A stretch of 40,567 nt of DNA. Origin: Catajapyx aquilonaris. Taxonomy: Eukaryota. This document shows, one piece after another, positions 36,458-40,567 of the stretch. Position 1 is the first letter of the stretch; every line of letters starts with the position of its first letter. The stretch is taken from the NCBI GenBank assembly GCA_000934665.2, contig JYFJ02003523.1, forward strand, positions 1-40,567, read 5' to 3'. The position numbers and the translations under genes were made by a program. Below the pieces are notes generated by a model, which had not been told where the DNA came from, did no database searches, and worked only from the letters and a program-made list of their open reading frames with translations.

Positions 36458-36587
36458 TTGAAGAATGTAAACGGAGGTTCAAGTCACTCCGGGACAGATA
36501 CGTGAAGGAGACTAGGAGGGGAACCAGCCACACGTGGGCCTTGGCAGAACCGCTTCACTTTCTTTCTGAGCATGTGAAGTCTCGCGC
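36458..36587 (+). CDS. MADF-BESS domain transcription factor, coding exon 2 (C-terminal half of MADF)
   Basis: Not in the ORF track. Acceptor TTCCATTGCAG| and donor |GTATGT. In phase with exon 1 it gives 'VEECKRRFKSLRDRYVKETRRGTSHTWALAEPLHFLSEHVKSRA', matching the MADF C.k.w..LRd.y...W.....l.FL pattern. Confidence 0.9.
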
Positions 36588-36672
36588 GTATGTGCAATTT
36601 TTGGAATTCATATTAAAATATTACTGCATCCCTTTTGGCTCTGAACTTAACTAGCAACATTTTAAATTGCAG

Positions 36673-37054
36673 AAGTGGGGAATCTGGCGTTGCATTTAAT
36701 CCGGATGAGACAGAGGACTCGAGAGAAATGTACCTTACTCTGGCCCCGGACGCAAGACCAAACACGTCATCAAATCTTCAGGCCAATTCTGGGGATGATC
36801 TCTCTTCCCCGAGCTCGCCTTTACCAGAGGTCCAAATTGTTGGACAAAAGCGGAAAGCCAAAGAGGCACTATTTCCCAAGTCATTTCAGGATGAGATTAT
36901 GAAGGTATTGGAAGAAGACACTGATGAAGACCGGTTATTTGCTCTAAGCCTTGTGCCAGCCCTGAAAAAACTAAGGGAGGAAGAGAAATCGCTTGCTAAA
37001 GTGAAGATCCAGTTGCTGCTGCATGAACTTCAGTTTGGTAAAATAACTGACTAA
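36673..37054 (+). CDS. MADF-BESS domain transcription factor, coding exon 3 (linker + BESS motif)
   Basis: Acceptor TTGCAG| follows an 85-nt intron, and phase 2 matches exon 2. It encodes a Ser/Pro/acidic linker, basic KRKAK and the C-terminal BESS motif 'DEDRLFALSLVPALKKLREEEKSLAKVKIQLLLHELQF', ending in TAA. The exons sum to 693 nt (230 aa + stop). Confidence 0.9.
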
Positions 37055-37737
37055 GGATTATTGTAGAGCCTCTCATTTCCTTAGACTATTTTGCGCTGAA
37101 TCAGATAGCAACCGACTATAATTATGCTATCTCAAGGCATTACATTTCTCATGTTGAGAAAATGATCTAATCAAGGAGGAAAAAAATGTTATGAGCCTCA
37201 CTTGAGTAAGTATAGTGCAGTATCTAAACAGTCAACATCTTTCTCAAGTTAATAGTTTTGTATCCTATAACAAAGAGTGATATTCTCATTGCTCTGGTAT
37301 GTTACAGTACAAGGTAATCAGAAAAACCAGTTTTGGACAAGTGAAGTGCAGTTTAGTGGACATGCGCAAAGTAGCCCATAACCACTCAAGAGTGTTAATA
37401 ATAATATTGTTGTTACTATTAGCAAGCAAGCCAAGTGTACGGAATGCAGGGTACAGTAATGCACTATCTAAACGGAAATGCATGGTTTGGCCTGTATCTG
37501 ATGTTATATAGATGATAGAACTTTTGTCTTCCTCATTGATGGTTTGCTATTCATTGCATTTAGTTCACTTTTGTTTCCAGGCTAGTTACCAGACTGAGTG
37601 TATGCACCGACTATTTTTGTACTTTGGAAAAAAAAGTGTAGGTTGGTAGTTAATTCCACGGTTGTAAAATGTTGAATGCCCCCCAAAAGCAACCTGCCCC
37701 AAGCACTAGAAATGCTGTTGCGATCTCATGACTCATG

Positions 37738-37743
37738 AATAAA
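37738..37743 (+). other. Probable polyadenylation signal of the MADF-BESS gene
   Basis: First AATAAA I found downstream of the stop (about 680 nt), followed by GT-rich sequence (TGTTGGTG). Confidence 0.45.
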
Positions 37744-40045
37744 GGTGTCAATTGAAATGTTGGTGCAGTAAGTAAATATGCCTACCCGAATTTTGTACCA
37801 CACCTGCACATCATGCATAAGTGACCTCCATTAACATGAACTGTACACTACATGTGCACACATTTGCTCAAGGTCATTTATTCAGGATCACACATTAGTT
37901 TGAAGGTCATTAACGAGTCACAAATGGAATCCTGTAATGCAGAAAAGTCATCAATATAAAACGGCCCACAACATAGCCTTGTCAGAGGCAACCCGGCCCA
38001 CAGTTTACATACTTAGCGCTCTCCGTCAGCACCCAAAATTCTGCCAAAATGTCTCATCCAATTTGCAAAATCCCAGGCTACACCAAAATCCATCACTCCA
38101 GTCTCTTCTAATTCGTCCACCCTTACATTCTATAATGCTCCCCTCTGATCCCCTTCCTCCGTCTACTACTCCTTATGCCCCTAGCCCCCCAAAGACTTTT
38201 GAGATAATTGAAAGAAGGCGGGGTTCGATTTTTCGATAAGTAAGCGACTGGGTCTCATCACAAATTATACCAAAGGATAGGAAATGAATGAAGAGAAGTA
38301 AAAAAACAGACATTTCCAAGGAAAATGGTGTTGAATCCAGTTTTAGAATCAGTTGGACACGCACCAGACCCTTGAGTGGTGAATTTAAAAAGGTGCGGTA
38401 TAAGACTTGTGCGACTTAAATCTTGTTTGCCCACCGACGTGTTATGCAAAGCGGACTTAATTTATGCCGCACTGAAATGCAAATTAAACTGCGTCAATTT
38501 CGTTTCGCCTATTTACAATGCCGGCCGATCAATAGAGAATAGGCAGAGCATCCACCTTGTACCGAACTAATCGCAAACATCGTTGAACTCCAGGAGTCAA
38601 CATAACAGTAACATTTTCCTCCTTTTTTATTTTTATCCCCCCCTTTTTTTTTCCAGCCTCCATCCTAAGATAAGAGGACAACAAACGGGAAGCTATTTGT
38701 CTTCCTTTGATCTGAAACGACCATCTTACTCAATTTATAATCCTTGAACTTTTGAAGCCTTCCAGCCACCTTGCGCTGTTACAACTTGCACAATTCCAGC
38801 CTCTGCCCTGGGCAAGAATGTTCCTGGTACCGATCCCGGTACCTGTTGACGCCATATGGGTGACACATGAGATGCACCATCTTCTCTGGCAGGCTCTTGA
38901 AGCCCACTCTGGCAACCTGGCCTCCCCAACTCTGTATTGATTCCTTTAAAGCTAGAACTACCCTCAAGTGGCTCATTCAAGTGGCACCTTTTCCTCTCAG
39001 TTTCAGCCCATTTTTGGATATATGGCCCTGGTGTGGTACAGTATACTGCTCAAGTTTCATCCTAATTACACTTTTTTTTTCAGCTGACTGGGGGGTGGGG
39101 GTCCAAAATAAAGACAAATTGTGTCCTATTAGGCTTGAAAAGTAATCGCTGAAAGCCTGCCATATTGTAATTGGTAATAATCATCTGGCATTAACTAGTC
39201 CCTGAGAAGCGGATGCAGTTAATATGTCGAGCAGGATCTATGAACTGTCTACAAAGACCTGGCTTATTGCATAGCTCTTATTGCCTCTTGAGAATATGGA
39301 GAGATATTGCTGGAGTTAGAATTTCAGCGTGTTTGCTGTCATATCCTCCATTTTAAAATTATTATTTAAATGAGCATCGAAATATGTAAATTGTCACTAT
39401 TACTAAATTGGTTCCAATGGTCAACCATGTAGGCTATTACAAATCAAAATAACTGCAGTTGACATTTTTGGAAAATCAGGAAAATCTTGATTATTTTCGG
39501 ATATTTTTTCAAGGTTGTGACTATGTCACATTGCCAACTGCAGCTGCACTGTCCGGTTTTAGTTCGTAATGTAACTAATTATCACGTAGACAAGTGTAAC
39601 GATTGCGGTTATAAAAAACGCTAATTGCAGACTTGACCGTTAGGTGGCAGATAATCCAGAATCAGTTTTTCCCCGCGTAACGATCCCGAGCGCGATTCTC
39701 CTGCCATCTCTGGGCAAATCATGTACTACTCGATGAACTGTGTTGCATGGCTTACTGTAATGAACTATGCATGGCAATTAAGGTCTGCTAACTTGGCTTG
39801 GTGTTCACTTGGGATTTTAATCATGGGCTGCAAATTTGTCACATATTCACATCTTTGTACACTGATGTCAGCATAAGTTTGACATTTTGGAAACAACCAA
39901 TTGGAAATTACATCAGATGCATTGGAAATTATGTAGTCAAAATAATTAATTAAAATAAATAAATTACATGACTTAGTTACCTTGGACTGACTGGGCAGAA
40001 AGTGTCAGGCCTGTTAAAATTCTTGCACCACCATGTAATTGTGCC

Positions 40046-40147
40046 CTACAAAAAAGGATCATTGTCTGAGATATCTGACAACTCATCTGGAGTGTCACTG
40101 TCTGACATATCCTGCCAGGACGCCTGTCCATTGCTTGCTAGAGCAGT
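40046..40147 (-). CDS. Probable last coding exon of an unknown - strand gene (acidic C-terminus)
   Basis: Acceptor CAATTTTCAG|, phase 0 matching the upstream exon. Translation is 'TALASNGQASWQDMSDSDTPDELSDISDNDPFL*'. Confidence 0.55.
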   Translation of the reverse strand, partial: TALASNGQASWQDMSDSDTPDELSDISDNDPFL

Positions 40148-40351
40148 CTGAAAATTGCGGAAGAAAAAGTTCTAGTCAAACGCTGCAAACACTGCCTTTT
40201 CCAAGTTCCTAAAAATGTGCTAGGTCATCCGTATAATAAGTTCAATAAAAATTAAGTTGCAGAGGAACAACAACAAAATGTTAACATAGCACACTTAGAT
40301 TATTCCATCTGCCTTATGCTCAGGACTTCTAAATAAACATTTGTTATTTAC

Positions 40352-40462
40352 CTCTGAGGCCTCCGTCAGCATTTGGGTTGAGCTGTCCTTAGTTGCACCC
40401 ATTTCAAAAAATGGCAGTGGATCATCCGTGCCTGTACACTGGTCCTTCATTATAACTGTTCG
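40352..40462 (-). CDS. Internal coding exon of an unknown - strand gene that starts beyond the window
   Basis: Strong polypyrimidine acceptor CTCTTTTTTTTTGTAG| and donor GAG|GTAAAT. It is 111 nt, and only frame 0 is open: 'RTVIMKDQCTGTDDPLPFFEMGATKDSSTQMLTEASE'. Confidence 0.65.
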
Positions 40463-40567
40463 CTACAAAAAAAAAGAGACAGAACCTGTCAGAATCATTC
40501 ATGGCAGACACAAATAATTGGTTAAGCACCAAAGTCTGACATGGGTCAAGTTTGGGCAATCCCCCCC

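Noticed and set aside
33623..37844. Exact 16-bp direct repeat CATTAACATGAACTGT bracketing the MADF-BESS gene, as a possible TSD
   Set aside because: About 0.2 such pairs are expected by chance in 40 kb (more with AT bias), and there are no element termini inside the repeats.
34966..38474. Weak inverted similarity (CAGT..GGCATAA..TCCGC) flanking the MADF gene, as possible Harbinger TIRs
   Set aside because: It needs several gaps and has no TWA TSD. The right-hand segment has its own local inverted repeat (about 38393-38472) and looks like an unrelated MITE relic.

Overview
Eukaryotic (intron-containing, probably invertebrate animal) genomic DNA, mostly non-coding. The one well-supported gene is a three-exon MADF + BESS domain transcription-factor gene on the + strand (35191-37054, about 230 aa after splicing). 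The last two coding exons of a convergent - strand gene enter at the right edge (40046-40462). Just upstream of the MADF gene, about 2.4 kb is packed with small non-autonomous mobile elements: a fold-back palindrome, a TTAA-flanked Kolobok-type MITE, a mini-Helitron and an 80-bp TIR element with a 5-bp duplication. A second mini-Helitron lies at 6.7 kb, and there are two possible decayed transposon ORFs at about 27.4-28.1 kb and 30.5-30.9 kb. I found no convincing coding sequence in the first ~27 kb. That stretch carries a CpG-rich promoter-like block at the left edge and several transcription-factor motif clusters (DR1, RFX X-boxes, CSL, POU/Sox), so it may be a regulatory region. I see no tRNA, rRNA, CRISPR array or prokaryotic-type system, and most ORFs in the supplied track look spurious. 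All family assignments come from recognising motifs by eye; no searches were run.
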